A DNA stretch of 63,867 nucleotides, counting the filler, from Chiloscyllium plagiosum (Eukaryota), in assembly GCF_004010195.1 (NCBI RefSeq). It is 3 parts of one record of this genome, joined end to end, with 100 filler letters (N's around TTAATTAATTAA, not from the genome) between each part and the next. Parts side by side here need not be neighbours in the genome. Positions count along the whole stretch, not along the records: positions 51,962 to 63,867 come from NC_057712.1; 2 more parts are not named here. One strand, given 5' to 3'. Under the pieces are notes generated by a model. The model did no database searches. It had not been told where the DNA came from and saw only the letters and a program-made list of their open reading frames with translations. A program made the position numbers and the translations under genes. Below, piece after piece: positions 63,365-63,867 of the stretch. The first letter of the stretch is position 1, and every line of letters begins with the position of its first letter.

Positions 63365-63867
63365 CTGATTTGGATGTGAGCATAAGAGGCACAGTCAGTA
63401 AGTTTGCAGATGACACCAAATTTAGAGGTATAGTGGACAGCGAAGAGGGGTACCTCAGATTACAACAGGATCTTGATCAGATGGGCCAATGGGCAGAGAA
63501 GTGGCAGATGGAGTTTAATTCAGATAAACGCGAGGTGCTGCATTTTGAGAAAGCAAATCTTAGCAGGACTTATACACTTAATGGTAAGGTCCTAGGGAGT
63601 GTTGCTGAACAAAGAGACTTTTGGAGTGCAGGTTCATAGCTCCTTGAAAGTGTAGTCGCAGGTAGATAGGATAGTGACGAAGGCGTTTGGTATGCTTTCC
63701 TTTATTGGTCAGAGTATTGAGTACAGGAGTTGGGAGGTCATGTTGCGGCTGTACAGGACATTGGTTAGGCCACTGTTGGAATATTGCGTGCAATTCTGGT
63801 CTCCTTCCTATCGGAAAGATGTTGTGAAACTTGAAAGAGTTCAGAAAAGATTTACAAGGATGTTGCC
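63365..63867 (+). mobile_element. CR1 RT C-terminal fragment, running off the window end
   Basis: LDVSIRGTVSKFADDTK..WAEKWQMEFNS. Same subfamily as 47750-48640. Confidence 0.92.

Overview
Eukaryotic (vertebrate) genomic DNA, almost certainly from a shark or other elasmobranch, judged from the repeat families present: CR1/HER1-type LINEs, HE1-type tRNA-derived SINEs, Penelope-like elements and Rex1/Babar LINEs. I can identify only one host coding exon: a 110-bp internal exon of BTBD9 at 16785-16894 (+). The window therefore appears to be mostly BTBD9 intron filled with nested, decayed retroelements. No intact transposon ORF is present. The main observations are: (1) several Penelope-like families carry minimal hammerhead-ribozyme motifs whose stems covary between families, often in short foldback insertions with 13-15-bp target-site duplications (TSDs); (2) a fossil POGK-like pogo transposase that the ORF track misses (5145-6000, minus strand); (3) a 51-bp locally templated insertion; (4) two minisatellites that arose from LINE coding sequence; (5) a CpG-rich island ending in a strong phase-1 splice donor (40460-41270), possibly an unannotated alternative exon or promoter. 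There are seven N-gaps. Two of them are 100-bp artificial linkers (44N-TTAATTAATTAA-44N), so contiguity across 28.5 kb and 51.9 kb is uncertain. Repeat boundaries were set by eye and are approximate. No database searches were run.
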